Assembly: GCA_016707705.1 (NCBI GenBank)
Contig: JADJHD010000017.1
Location: 68,430 to 132,429, forward strand
Length of the DNA: 64,000 bases
Reading direction: 5' to 3'
Origin: Bacteroidales bacterium
GTDB taxonomy: Bacteria; Bacteroidota; Bacteroidia; Bacteroidales; UBA4417
In this document: positions 9,238-18,387 of the stretch, in pieces
Layout of the letters: each line of letters starts with the position of its first letter
How positions within the stretch are numbered: the stretch's first letter is position 1
Translations under genes and position numbers: made by a program
The notes under the pieces: model-generated
What the model saw: the letters and a program-made list of their open reading frames with translations, nothing else
The model's database searches: none
Told to the model about the DNA's origin: nothing

Positions 9238-9846
9238 ATGAAGAGTACGTCCCTGTTTATTATTGCCGTTATATTAATGTTTTATCCCCGGGCTGCCAAA
9301 GCTCAACAGGCCCCTGATCCTAAAAGCACATCAGGCTTTTGTCTGGATGAAACCGAAAGGCTTCTTGCAAAACTTATTAATGAATATCGTGCCAGTAAAG
9401 GATTGCCGGCAGTTCCCCTATCTGCATCCCTTAGCAAGGTAGCCCAAATTCACAGCAAGGACCTAAATGGCCATCATGAATATGAAGGCAGATGCAACCT
9501 GCACAGCTGGTCGGCAGATGGAAGCTGGACTTCCTGCTGCTACACTCCTGACCACAGGCGGGCTTCCTGCATGTGGGACAAGCCCCGGGAATTGACTGCC
9601 TACCCTGGTGATGGATTTGAGATTGCCTATTACAACAGTCGGCCTCCCGAAGATCCAATGGCTTATGCAAAGGATATCATAAATGGATGGAAGGGCAGTC
9701 ATGGCCATAATGAGGTTATGGTGAACCTGGGGACCTGGAATGATGTAAGCTGGAAGGCAATGGGAATAGGCATTTACAAGGGATATGCAACAGTTTGGTT
9801 CGGAGAAGTTCCGGATCCCACGGGGAATCCCGATATTTGCGAATAA
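9238..9846 (+). CDS. Secreted CAP/SCP (YkwD-like) domain protein
   Basis: Signal peptide. INEYRASKGLPAVPLSASLSKVAQIHSKDL and a later GWKGSHGHNEVM fit the CAP-domain pattern. Confidence 0.6.
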   Translation: MKSTSLFIIAVILMFYPRAAKAQQAPDPKSTSGFCLDETERLLAKLINEYRASKGLPAVPLSASLSKVAQIHSKDLNGHHEYEGRCNLHSWSADGSWTSCCYTPDHRRASCMWDKPRELTAYPGDGFEIAYYNSRPPEDPMAYAKDIINGWKGSHGHNEVMVNLGTWNDVSWKAMGIGIYKGYATVWFGEVPDPTGNPDICE

Positions 9847-9863
9847 ATCAGAGCTTTTTGAAA

Positions 9864-10484
9864 ATGAAAAACATAGTAATCACTCTACTTGTTACCCTAT
9901 CCCTCTTCGCCTGGAACAGCAGCAGAGCACAACTTTTTACAGGCGGATTCTCAGCCGGACTTTCAGCTACTCAGGTTGACGGTGATAGCCACAAAGGCTA
10001 CAATAAGGCAGGAATCGTTGCAGGTGGATGGGTTAGCCTTAATTACAACGACCGCTCCTCCATTCACATGGGCATGAACTATATCATGAAAGGCAGCAAG
10101 CATAATCCGGATCCTGAAAATGGAGATTACACCTATCTGCTGATCCGTCTGGGCTATGTCGAAATGCCCATTCTCTATCAGTACAGGATGAAAAGTGGCT
10201 TCTTTGTGGAAGTTGGCCCTTCACTTGGGGTGCTTCTTCATAGCTATACGGAAGCCTCTGATGGCACTACCATAGGCCCGGCAAACAATTCCTTCAGACT
10301 CATTGACGTTTCTTTGCAGGCTGGTGTTGGCTATCGTTTCTCGGACAAAATCCGCCTGGCACTTTGCAATGGAAATTCCCTTGCTTCCATCAGGAAAGAC
10401 CGTATTACCGGCGACCAGAGAAGGATCTTCGGCTACGGACAATACAACAATGTGATGGCACTCGAATTAAGCTACGCTCTCTAA
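9864..10484 (+). CDS. Small outer-membrane beta-barrel (porin-family/OmpA-like beta-barrel) protein
   Basis: The ORF track starts at 9795 inside the upstream gene. ATG 9864 gives the signal peptide MKNIVITLLVTLSLFAWNSSRAQ. Alternating beta-strand pattern. Ends ...ALELSYAL. Confidence 0.6.
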   Translation: MKNIVITLLVTLSLFAWNSSRAQLFTGGFSAGLSATQVDGDSHKGYNKAGIVAGGWVSLNYNDRSSIHMGMNYIMKGSKHNPDPENGDYTYLLIRLGYVEMPILYQYRMKSGFFVEVGPSLGVLLHSYTEASDGTTIGPANNSFRLIDVSLQAGVGYRFSDKIRLALCNGNSLASIRKDRITGDQRRIFGYGQYNNVMALELSYAL

Positions 10485-10537
10485 GCTTCGGAACCTTTTA
10501 AGATTATGCTTGTTTAATACAGGAGATACTTCGTATA

Positions 10538-11119
10538 ATGAATCAGAAACACAGGATAGTAGTTGCAGTCACGGGAGCCAGCGGTTCCATCTATGCCAGG
10601 GTGCTTTTCGATAAATTAAAGCAACTTGATGCACAGATTGATGAGTGCGGAATCCTGTTTTCCGACAATGCCAAATTGGTGTGGCAGCATGAGCTGGGGA
10701 ATCGGGATTATGAAAATCTCCCCTTCAGCAGCTATAAATCCGATGATTTCTTTGCACCCTTTGCTTCCGGATCGGCGGGATACGACAGCATGATTGTTTG
10801 TCCGTGCAGCATGGGAACCCTGGGCCGCATTGCTTCCGGCATCTCCAATGACCTGCTTACCCGGGCTGCAGATGTGATGTTGAAGGAACGGCAGAAATTA
10901 GTGCTGGTTATTCGTGAAACCCCTTATAACCTGGTGCATATCAATAATATGAAAACAGTCACCGAAGCCGGAGGGATACTTTGTCCAGCTACCCCTTCCT
11001 TTTACAGCAAGCCTTCTACTTTTGAGGAACTTGCTGCCACCGTAGTCGACAGGGCACTTAGCCTTGCTGGATTCAGTATTAAGGGATATGAATGGGGGAA
11101 ACAGGGTTCAGCAGACTGA
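10538..11119 (+). CDS. ubiX: Flavin prenyltransferase UbiX
   Basis: 193 aa. RIVVAVTGASGSIYA flavoprotein N-terminus, CPCSMGTLGRIASGISNDLLTRAADVMLKERQKLVLVIRETP. Confidence 0.85.
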   Translation: MNQKHRIVVAVTGASGSIYARVLFDKLKQLDAQIDECGILFSDNAKLVWQHELGNRDYENLPFSSYKSDDFFAPFASGSAGYDSMIVCPCSMGTLGRIASGISNDLLTRAADVMLKERQKLVLVIRETPYNLVHINNMKTVTEAGGILCPATPSFYSKPSTFEELAATVVDRALSLAGFSIKGYEWGKQGSAD

Positions 11120-11142
11120 ACTTCAAATCTTACGGAAATCAT

Positions 11143-11724
11143 TTAAATTGAAGGATGCATCTTCGACAGGTCAAGCTTGTCGGAAGGAAGAAGATCGTTA
11201 TTGAGAATATAGGAAGGAAGCTGTCTGAATTTCAGGATCATATCCGGGTGAAGATTAGTCATTTCTGAGAAAACTGTTATTTTCTCCTCCCCTGTTTTTC
11301 TGATCCATATCCGGTAAACATTCACCCGTTTGATGCGACGGCCGGTCCTGTGAACTTCAAGGTTTTCCTCAATTGCCATTTCTTCAATGTCACTGAAAGG
11401 AACAAAGACCTCCATTTTGTCAGGATCTTTCTGAAGTGGAAAATAGGTTCCGACACCTCTGGGATATACCCTTACCCCCATTATATAATCCTTACCATAC
11501 TTGAATACAAAGCGTGATGTGGCAATAAACAATGCTACCGGAAGGCAAAGAATCAGGGCCGTCCATAATCCGATAACATTCTCGAGGGAAGCCCATATTA
11601 TGAAAATAGCCAGTGCAACTGCGAAAACCGCCGAAATGAGCCCTAATCCATTTTGAGAATTTTTTTCCCGGGCCGAGGGACATATTTCAAACATAATAGT
11701 TTCTTTTGGCTTTTCGGACATCAT
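11143..11724 (-). CDS. Hypothetical membrane protein (2 TM N-terminal, soluble C-terminal part)
   Basis: 193-aa ORF with two hydrophobic segments (GLISAVFAVALAIFIIWASL, LWTALILCLPVALFIATS). No family recognised. Confidence 0.5.
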   Translation of the reverse strand: MMSEKPKETIMFEICPSAREKNSQNGLGLISAVFAVALAIFIIWASLENVIGLWTALILCLPVALFIATSRFVFKYGKDYIMGVRVYPRGVGTYFPLQKDPDKMEVFVPFSDIEEMAIEENLEVHRTGRRIKRVNVYRIWIRKTGEEKITVFSEMTNLHPDMILKFRQLPSYILNNDLLPSDKLDLSKMHPSI

Positions 11725-11835
11725 TGTAATACTATGAACATCCGAAAAATATATATTGTAAAGCGTGAATTTCCCGATGTCGGGTTATTAAAATATAAAG
11801 ATACGACAGATCACAATCTTTTGATTGAACAGAGG

Positions 11836-13110
11836 TTACCAGTCAACTGCCTTTCTTCTAACCGGCATTGTCATACAACGACATCCTCCACCTCCTCTTG
11901 AAAGTTCGGAGCCGTCGATGGTAACAACATATTTAGAATAATCGTTAATATTTGTCTTCCCGTGGATAACATCATTAGCCTTTATCACTGCATACCCATG
12001 CTGATTTAATTCATCAAGGGTGTGAATATTTCTTCCATATCCAACAACTTTTCCAGGACCTACAGCAAAGAAATTTGCTCCGCTGTGCCATTGTTCCCTT
12101 TCCTGGTTGATAACGTCTTTCTTCCCGCCACAGTATAGCAGTTCAAGATCCATTCCCAGCTCTTTAAGGACGGAAGGAATATTGTCGACTTCGCGGATGG
12201 ATTTTACTTTCCCGTTATCAATATTGATATGGATGGTAAGGTATCTTGAAGGATGCAGAACCAAAGGCTCATAAATCATGCACTGATTTTTGTCGAGGAA
12301 GGTAAACACCATATCCAGATGTATAAAGGATTCCGGATTGCTTGGAAGTTCCTGAACTATGATATGACGGTTAACTTTCTTTTTCCTATAGTATTCAATG
12401 ATAAAATCTATTCCCCTTGAAGTAGTCCTGGGGCCTGTCCCAATCAACAGTATATCCTCCCTTGCTACAAGGAAATCTCCTCCTTCGAAGCTGAACTCCT
12501 TGCAGAAATGACGGCTCTCCTCCGGATGTATGGTATGCGTTTTCAGAAGCGGGTGATGTGAAAAAATTGCATCCATAATCAGGGATTCCCTGTCACGGAT
12601 CCTGCTTGCCATCCTGCTGATAAGCACCTTGTCGAGAATTGCAACGGAAGCATCCCTCGTAAAAAAGAAATTATGCAGTGGCTCCACTGAATAGCGGTCC
12701 TTGCTCAGAAATCGGGTCAGGTTGTCCTTTCGCATTTCAACACCCTCGATCAGGGCGGTAGCAAGTCTTTCCGGCCTAAGCTGATGAAGGTCTTCAACGA
12801 GGAAATTCCCCTGTTTCTCCTGTTCGCATATCCTTGCAAGAATAGCATTCCTGGTATCAGCATCATTGAGTACATCTACCAAAAGATCCTTTACCTGAAA
12901 TGTTTTGGTCACTTTTGAAAGAAAACCCTTGAATTGATTGTATTCCTTCAGGGCAACAGAAAGATTCAGAATATCGCTGTAGAGTGCCTTTTGAGCACTC
13001 GCCGGAGTCATATTCTCAACTTCAGGGCCGGGAGTATGAAGAATTACTGCATCCAATTCACCGATCTCAGAACGGATGTCGACAGTCAAACTGGTCTGCT
13101 TTGGGGTCAT
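11836..13110 (-). CDS. arcA: Arginine deiminase
   Basis: 424 aa. N-terminal SEIGELDAVILHTPGPEVENMTP and C-terminal GGGGCRCMTMPVRR (catalytic Cys motif of the amidinotransferase/ADI fold). Confidence 0.75.
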   Translation of the reverse strand: MTPKQTSLTVDIRSEIGELDAVILHTPGPEVENMTPASAQKALYSDILNLSVALKEYNQFKGFLSKVTKTFQVKDLLVDVLNDADTRNAILARICEQEKQGNFLVEDLHQLRPERLATALIEGVEMRKDNLTRFLSKDRYSVEPLHNFFFTRDASVAILDKVLISRMASRIRDRESLIMDAIFSHHPLLKTHTIHPEESRHFCKEFSFEGGDFLVAREDILLIGTGPRTTSRGIDFIIEYYRKKKVNRHIIVQELPSNPESFIHLDMVFTFLDKNQCMIYEPLVLHPSRYLTIHINIDNGKVKSIREVDNIPSVLKELGMDLELLYCGGKKDVINQEREQWHSGANFFAVGPGKVVGYGRNIHTLDELNQHGYAVIKANDVIHGKTNINDYSKYVVTIDGSELSRGGGGCRCMTMPVRRKAVDW

Positions 13111-13167
13111 AGTATGAGCTGTTGAACAAAGAGGTTTTGAAACCCGCTTATTAAAATAAAATGAAAA

Positions 13168-14112
13168 TCAAATATTTAGACTTCCATCCTGCAGAAAGCG
13201 GATATTCCTTTTCAGGCCTGCAAATTTAGCTCTTTTTACCGGAGATTTCCGGAACAATTTCCTGAATTGCTCTTCTTCAAGCTTTTCCCAGTCCTCCGGC
13301 AGCATTGAAATCAATTCCTGCGAAGGCTGAAACGCGGGGTCGGTGTTGGGAAAGGCATATCGGTTCCATGGACAAACCTGCTGGCAGACATCACAACCAA
13401 AAATCCACTGGGAATAGCTGTTTCTGAAGGATTCTGGAATTTCAGATTTGTTTTCAATAGTCAAATAGGAGATACATTTATTGGCGTCCACTATCCTTGC
13501 ATCAGTAATTGCTCCGGTCGGACAGGCATCCATGCAACGGCTGCAGTCACCGCAATAATCACCTCCGAAAGGCTTGTCGTATTCCAGTTCCAGATCCGTT
13601 ATCAACTCAGCAATGAAGAAAAATGAACCTTTCTTTCTGGAAATAAGCATGCTGTTTTTCCCTATCCAACCTAACCCGGCACGACTTGCCCAGGCTCTTT
13701 CCAGTACAGGTGCCGAATCGACAAAGCCCCTGATTTGAGTCCCGGGGAATTTTTCAGTGATTTCCGCAGAGAACTGGTTCAGTTTCGCCCTTATGACATC
13801 ATGATAATCATGTCCGTAAGCATAGGCTGAAATCCTGTATTCTGCATCTCTGTCGAAAACTTCAGCAGGGGAATAGTTGTAAAGCATGACTATAACCGAA
13901 CGGGCACCTTCCATAAGTTCCCTTGGATCAAGTCGTTTTTCCCTGTGGTTTACCATGTATTCCATACCTGCATTATATCCCATTTTCAACCACAAATCAA
14001 ACCGTGGAGCTTCCTCTTCCAGATAATCTGCCGGCGCAATCCCACAGGCAAAGAATCCCATCTCGAGGGCTCTTTGCTTAACGAACTCTGTGTTGATGGA
14101 GATTTGAGACAT
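13168..14112 (-). CDS. queG: Epoxyqueuosine reductase
   Basis: 314 aa. 4Fe-4S motifs CGDCSRCMDACP and CDVCQQVCPWN. N-terminal ALEMGFFACGIAPA pattern. Confidence 0.85.
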   Translation of the reverse strand: MSQISINTEFVKQRALEMGFFACGIAPADYLEEEAPRFDLWLKMGYNAGMEYMVNHREKRLDPRELMEGARSVIVMLYNYSPAEVFDRDAEYRISAYAYGHDYHDVIRAKLNQFSAEITEKFPGTQIRGFVDSAPVLERAWASRAGLGWIGKNSMLISRKKGSFFFIAELITDLELEYDKPFGGDYCGDCSRCMDACPTGAITDARIVDANKCISYLTIENKSEIPESFRNSYSQWIFGCDVCQQVCPWNRYAFPNTDPAFQPSQELISMLPEDWEKLEEEQFRKLFRKSPVKRAKFAGLKRNIRFLQDGSLNI

Positions 14113-14115
14113 GGG

Positions 14116-14288
14116 TGATTGCGGATTGCGGGTTGCGGATTACGGATTGGGGATTTAGACTGGGGGACTTTGAGACAAGGGGACTGGGGGACTAGGGGAC
14201 AAGGGGACTGGGGGACTAGGGGACTAGGGGACAAGGAGAATTGGGGACAAGGAGAATTGGGGACTAGGGGACTGAGGGACAAGGAGAT
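14116..14288 (+). repeat. G-rich simple repeat: gattgcg heptamers grading into an ACTAGGGG/ACAAGGGG/ACTGGGGG 8-mer array
   Basis: At least 12 runs of 4-5 G within about 140 nt on the + strand, directly upstream of the queG start (14112, minus strand). ORFs 13986..14282(-) and 14119..14301(+) are artefacts of the repeat. Confidence 0.9.
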
Positions 14289-14327
14289 TTATAACAGTTA
14301 ATTCCATAGCTGCAGAAACAAGGAACA

Positions 14328-14380
14328 CCGAATCCCAAACCCCGAACACTAGCAACTAACAACTAAACTACTAACAACTC
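14328..14380. repeat. CA-rich ccgaac/ctaacaact block in the 3' flank of ruvB
   Basis: ccgaatcccaaaccccgaacactagcaactaacaactaaactactaacaactc aligns with 18324-18387 (ccgaacccagaaccccgaacctaaaacactaacaactaaaatactaacaact...). Confidence 0.75.
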
Positions 14381-14411
14381 AAAAAGGCACAATCTAGCCC
14401 ACCGCAATCAG

Positions 14412-15440
14412 CTAAAAAAGCGACCCATTAATACTGGCTCTTGTTTTGCCAAGGTGGCGGTAGGCCTGATCGGTAGCTTCACGTCCGCGGGGAGTACGCA
14501 TAAGGTATCCCTCCTGAATAAGGAAAGGTTCATAAACCTCCTCAATGGTGCCTGAATCCTCACCAACAGCAGTTGCGATGGTGGTTAATCCCACTGGGCC
14601 GCCCTTGAATTTCTCAACGATAGTCATCAGGATTCGGATATCCATTTCATCCAGTCCGTTCATATCTACCTGTAAAGCCGAAAGTGCATACTGGGCTATT
14701 GCAAGGTCAATGGTGCCATTACCCTTGATTTGGGCGAAATCACGGACACGGCGCAGCAACAGGTTTGCGATGCGTGGCGTTCCACGGCTTCGGCGGGCTA
14801 TTTCAAATGCGGCATCCTCATGAATAGGCACCTTGAGAATATCAGCTGACCGGATTATAATTTTCTTGAGAGTTTCTGCATCGTAGTATTGCAGCCTTGA
14901 ATTGATCCCGAAACGTGAACGCAGCGGCGCTGTAAGCAGTCCGGAACGCGTGGTAGCTCCCACAAGTGTAAAGGGATTCAGTGCAATCTGAACACTCCTT
15001 GCATTGGGTCCGGTTTCAATCATAATATCAATCCGGAAATCCTCCATGGCAGAATAAAGATATTCCTCAACCACAGGACTCAAGCGGTGAATCTCATCAA
15101 TGAAAAGAACATCATTCTTTTCAAGATTGGTAAGGAGTCCGGCAAGATCCCCCGGTTTATCCAGCACAGGTCCTGAAGTGACTTTTACATTCACTCCAAG
15201 TTCATTGGCGATAATATACGACAAGGTTGTTTTTCCGAGTCCCGGAGGGCCATGAAGCAGCACATGATCAAGTGCCTCTCCCCTTTGACGGGCAGCAGCA
15301 ACAAAAACCCTCAGGTTGCTGAGTACGGCTGGTTGTCCGGCAAAACTTCCGAAATCAAGGGGGCGCAAGGCCTTTTCGATTTCCTTTTCGGCAGGACTTA
15401 GTTGATCGCCGGAGGCATCCAGATTTTTATTCAGCGACAT
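14412..15440 (-). CDS. ruvB: Holliday junction branch-migration helicase RuvB
   Basis: 342 aa. Walker [10 protein letters not shown], Walker [25 protein letters not shown]. Confidence 0.95.
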   Translation of the reverse strand: MSLNKNLDASGDQLSPAEKEIEKALRPLDFGSFAGQPAVLSNLRVFVAAARQRGEALDHVLLHGPPGLGKTTLSYIIANELGVNVKVTSGPVLDKPGDLAGLLTNLEKNDVLFIDEIHRLSPVVEEYLYSAMEDFRIDIMIETGPNARSVQIALNPFTLVGATTRSGLLTAPLRSRFGINSRLQYYDAETLKKIIIRSADILKVPIHEDAAFEIARRSRGTPRIANLLLRRVRDFAQIKGNGTIDLAIAQYALSALQVDMNGLDEMDIRILMTIVEKFKGGPVGLTTIATAVGEDSGTIEEVYEPFLIQEGYLMRTPRGREATDQAYRHLGKTRASINGSLF

Positions 15441-15463
15441 GGGATTGAACTTCTGATTTACAA

Positions 15464-15471
15464 CAAAGGTA
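15464..15471 (-). promoter_or_regulatory. Bacteroidota-type -7 promoter motif (TAnnTTTG) for ruvB
   Basis: + strand caaaggta = minus-strand TACCTTTG, 24 nt upstream of ATG 15440. Confidence 0.4.
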
Positions 15472-15585
15472 AGAATTCCTGTTGAATCTGACTTTTACTG
15501 TTCCGCCCTTGAATTAAGGGGTGAATGATGGATGCCGTTCTAAAGAATTTTATAATTTAGCCTCATATTTCTAACCCTTCCAGCC

Positions 15586-16425
15586 ATGAAAGACATCCTT
15601 GTAGCCATTGATTTTTCGAAAGGATCTGCTCACGCTCTTGAATATGCAATAGATCTGGCGAATGTGGCGCAAAGCAATGTTATCATGATCTGGGTTGATA
15701 ACCTTCTCCCGATTGATTCTCAATTGGCAGCAGAAGCAGCAGAAGGCCGTGAAGAAGCTAAGAAAAACCTTGATGAGCTGGTTCAACATTACAAAGGTTC
15801 ACTTAAACCAGGGAAACTCAGTTTCAAGATCAGGAAAGGGAAGGTATATCAGGAACTGGCTGCTCAGGCTAAAGCATCCGATTGCAGTATGCTGGTCACC
15901 GGAACCCATGGTGTAACAGGTTTTGAAGAATACTGGATAGGCAGCAATGCAGCCAGAGTTGTTAGTTATTCACCCTGCCCGGTTGCCACTGTGAAATTCA
16001 ATTACGAAATCAACCGTGGTATCAGGAAGATCATTCTCCCTATTGACCATACAACTCAAACTGTTCAGAAAGCACACTTCACTGCAGCGCTGGCTAAAAG
16101 TCATGGTGCCGATATAAACATTCTGGCCCTTCACACTTCCCGCCTGAAAACAATGCAGCGGGTTGTCGACAATAACGTGGCCAAACTAGAGAAATTCCTC
16201 ACATCCCAGGGAATCAATTATATCATTGATACCATTATGACTGACAATCTGGCCAATACCATTATTGACCATGCCCGGCTCGTTGATGCTGATCTGATTG
16301 CAATTATGACGGACTGGCAAAATGAAGCGTCAGTGACAATACTTGGACAATTCGCCCAGCAATTGGTAAATTATTCACCAGTTCCTGTTTTGAGTATCCC
16401 TCCAAAAGATCAGTTTATCCTTTAA
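15586..16425 (+). CDS. Universal stress protein, tandem UspA domains
   Basis: 279 aa. ILVAIDFSKGSAHALEYAIDLA and LVTGTHGVTGFEEYWIGSNAARVV. Paralog of 17037..17888. Confidence 0.8.
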   Translation: MKDILVAIDFSKGSAHALEYAIDLANVAQSNVIMIWVDNLLPIDSQLAAEAAEGREEAKKNLDELVQHYKGSLKPGKLSFKIRKGKVYQELAAQAKASDCSMLVTGTHGVTGFEEYWIGSNAARVVSYSPCPVATVKFNYEINRGIRKIILPIDHTTQTVQKAHFTAALAKSHGADINILALHTSRLKTMQRVVDNNVAKLEKFLTSQGINYIIDTIMTDNLANTIIDHARLVDADLIAIMTDWQNEASVTILGQFAQQLVNYSPVPVLSIPPKDQFIL

Positions 16426-16441
16426 ACAGTTCTGAAATCTT

Positions 16442-16864
16442 ATGAATCTCCGCCTGTGGTTGCTTGTTTGCTTTATTCTGTTCGGGATATCATGTCTTTG
16501 GGCACAGGAAGGCAATACCTCAGATGGCAAGGTAGAATATATCCAGGATGAGCGGATCGTAAAGATTGAGGAGCAATACAAGAAGATGAACCAGCGTAGC
16601 CAATCCGTAGATGGATACAGGGTTCAGATATTCTTCGATTCAGGAAGCAACAGCAAGAAAAGAGCTTCCGATTCTATGGAAGAATTCATTTCGAAATATC
16701 CCGGCAGCAGGGTATTTCTTTCATTTAAAGCTCCATATTACAGGGTCAGAGTTGGGAATTTCCGTACGCTTGCTGAAGCGGTAGGCTATCAAAAGAAAAT
16801 TTTAGGCGACTATCCGAATGCATTTCCTGTAAAGGAGAAAATCAGCTTTAAAGAATTGGATTAA
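16442..16864 (+). CDS. SPOR domain-containing protein
   Basis: Signal/anchor MNLRLWLLVCFILFGISCLWAQ. C-terminal GYRVQIFFDS...YYRVRVGNFRTLAEA matches the SPOR pattern. Confidence 0.75.
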   Translation: MNLRLWLLVCFILFGISCLWAQEGNTSDGKVEYIQDERIVKIEEQYKKMNQRSQSVDGYRVQIFFDSGSNSKKRASDSMEEFISKYPGSRVFLSFKAPYYRVRVGNFRTLAEAVGYQKKILGDYPNAFPVKEKISFKELD

Positions 16865-17036
16865 AAGAGTTTGAAAAAATATTTATCCCATTTTACACAA
16901 TTATTTAATTATAAATCTGTTTTATTTACTGAATATCTTTTTACAAGGCGATAAGAAATTTCTTGCTTTTACAGTTCTTTTTCGTTACCTTAGCGAATAA
17001 TTATAGTATTTTTAACCTGGAAGCCACACCCGAACT

Positions 17037-17888
17037 ATGAGTAATATAATTGCTGCCATCGATTTTTCAGACTGTTCGATCAATGCACTCGAGCATGCTG
17101 TTTCAATTGCAAACAAAGGAATTCTTGATTTGCATTTGGTATGGGTTAATAATCCAAGTATTACTAAAACTACTATTTACTCTGATAATGCTTCGGAACT
17201 GATTGAAGAGATCAAGAAGCAGTTTGCCAAACTGATTGAAAAGTACAAACCGCTGCTACCCGAGAGCAACATTGACTATGTGATCAGGGAAGGAAAGGTT
17301 TACAGGGAGATTCTGGATGAAGCCAGGGAGATGGAAAGCCTTTGCATTATAATGGGCACGCATGGTTCTTCAGGATTTGAGCAGTTCTGGATTGGAAGCA
17401 ATGCCAACCGACTGATTTCAGTGGCGCATTGTCCTGTGATTTCGTTACGCGCCGGTATCAGCGCCAAGCATCAGCTGGAAAGAATTGTAATGCCTATCGA
17501 CAGCACCATTGATACCCGCCAGAAAGTTCCATTCACAGCATATCTTGCCCGACTATTCGATGCCGAGATCTATGTGGTTTCCGTTTATGCATCCAAATAC
17601 AAGGCTATTCAGCGCAGGGTTGATGAATATACCGATCAGGTAATTGAATACCTCGAAGAAGAAGGAATTCCCTATAAAAGGGATACTTTGGTAGTTGACA
17701 ATCTCACAACTTCAACCATCGAATATGCAAAGAAGGTTCGCGCCAATCTGATCAGCATTATGACAGAGCAGGAAACCAGTCCCTTTAACCTATTGATTGG
17801 CCCCTATGCCCAGCAAATGGTTAACAATTCGCCTTTCCCGGTACTTAGTATTAATGCCAAGGAGACTTTGATTATGGCGTCGAGGTAA
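17037..17888 (+). CDS. Universal stress protein, tandem UspA domains (paralog)
   Basis: 283 aa. IIAAIDFSDCSINALEHAVSIA and IIMGTHGSSGFEQFWIGSNANRLI. Confidence 0.8.
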   Translation: MSNIIAAIDFSDCSINALEHAVSIANKGILDLHLVWVNNPSITKTTIYSDNASELIEEIKKQFAKLIEKYKPLLPESNIDYVIREGKVYREILDEAREMESLCIIMGTHGSSGFEQFWIGSNANRLISVAHCPVISLRAGISAKHQLERIVMPIDSTIDTRQKVPFTAYLARLFDAEIYVVSVYASKYKAIQRRVDEYTDQVIEYLEEEGIPYKRDTLVVDNLTTSTIEYAKKVRANLISIMTEQETSPFNLLIGPYAQQMVNNSPFPVLSINAKETLIMASR

Positions 17889-17901
17889 AAAAAAGATAAA
17901 A

Positions 17902-18205
17902 GTTAGGTCAAGATAAAAGACAAAAGGATAAAGACAAAAGTTGGGTCAACATAAAAGACAAAAGGATAAAGACAAAAGTTGGGTCAAGATAAAAGACAAA
18001 AGGCTAAAGACAAAAGTTGGGTCAAGATAAAAGACAAAAGGACAAAGACAAAAGTTGGGTCAAGATAAAAGACAAAAGGATAAAGACAAAAGTTGGGTTA
18101 AGATAAAAGACAAAAGGACAAAGACAAAAGTTGGGTCAAGATAAAAGACAAAAGGACAAAGACATAAGTTAGGTCAGGATAAAAGATAAAAGAACATTCG
18201 CCAGT
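17902..18205 (+). repeat. Purine-rich tandem repeat, 8 x 38 bp
   Basis: Unit gttgggtcaagataaaagacaaaaggataaagacaaaa starts at 17902, 17940, 17978, 18016, 18054, 18092, 18130 and 18168 (exact 38-bp register, a few substitutions per unit). Confidence 0.95.
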
Positions 18206-18234
18206 TGGCGGAATAGTTAGACTCAGGATAAATG

Positions 18235-18274
18235 AAAACTGCCTGCTCCCTTGAAAGAGAGCAGGCAGTTTTTT
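18235..18274. terminator. Bidirectional intrinsic terminator between the convergent usp and fba genes
   Basis: Perfect 10-bp stem ctgcctgctc (18239-18248) / gagcaggcag (18259-18268), flanked by aaaa upstream and tttttt (18269-18274) downstream. Confidence 0.8.
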
Positions 18275-18323
18275 ATGTGATCTTGTTAGTTAAATTCGTG
18301 TTCAACCTTTACAACTTTGCACT

Positions 18324-18387
18324 CCGAACCCAGAACCCCGAACCTAAAACACTAACAACTAAAATACTAACAACTAGAAACTAATAA
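18324..18387. repeat. CA-rich ccgaac/ctaacaact block abutting the fba stop codon
   Basis: ccgaacccagaaccccgaacctaaaacactaacaactaaaatactaacaactagaaactaataa ends at the fba stop (18388-18390). Same family as 14328-14380. Confidence 0.75.

Noticed and set aside
13986-14301. ORFs 13986..14282(-) and 14119..14301(+) (Pro/Ser-rich and Gly/Trp-rich low-complexity peptides)
   Set aside because: They are generated by the G-rich 8-mer array. The minus-strand ORF also overlaps the queG N-terminal coding region.
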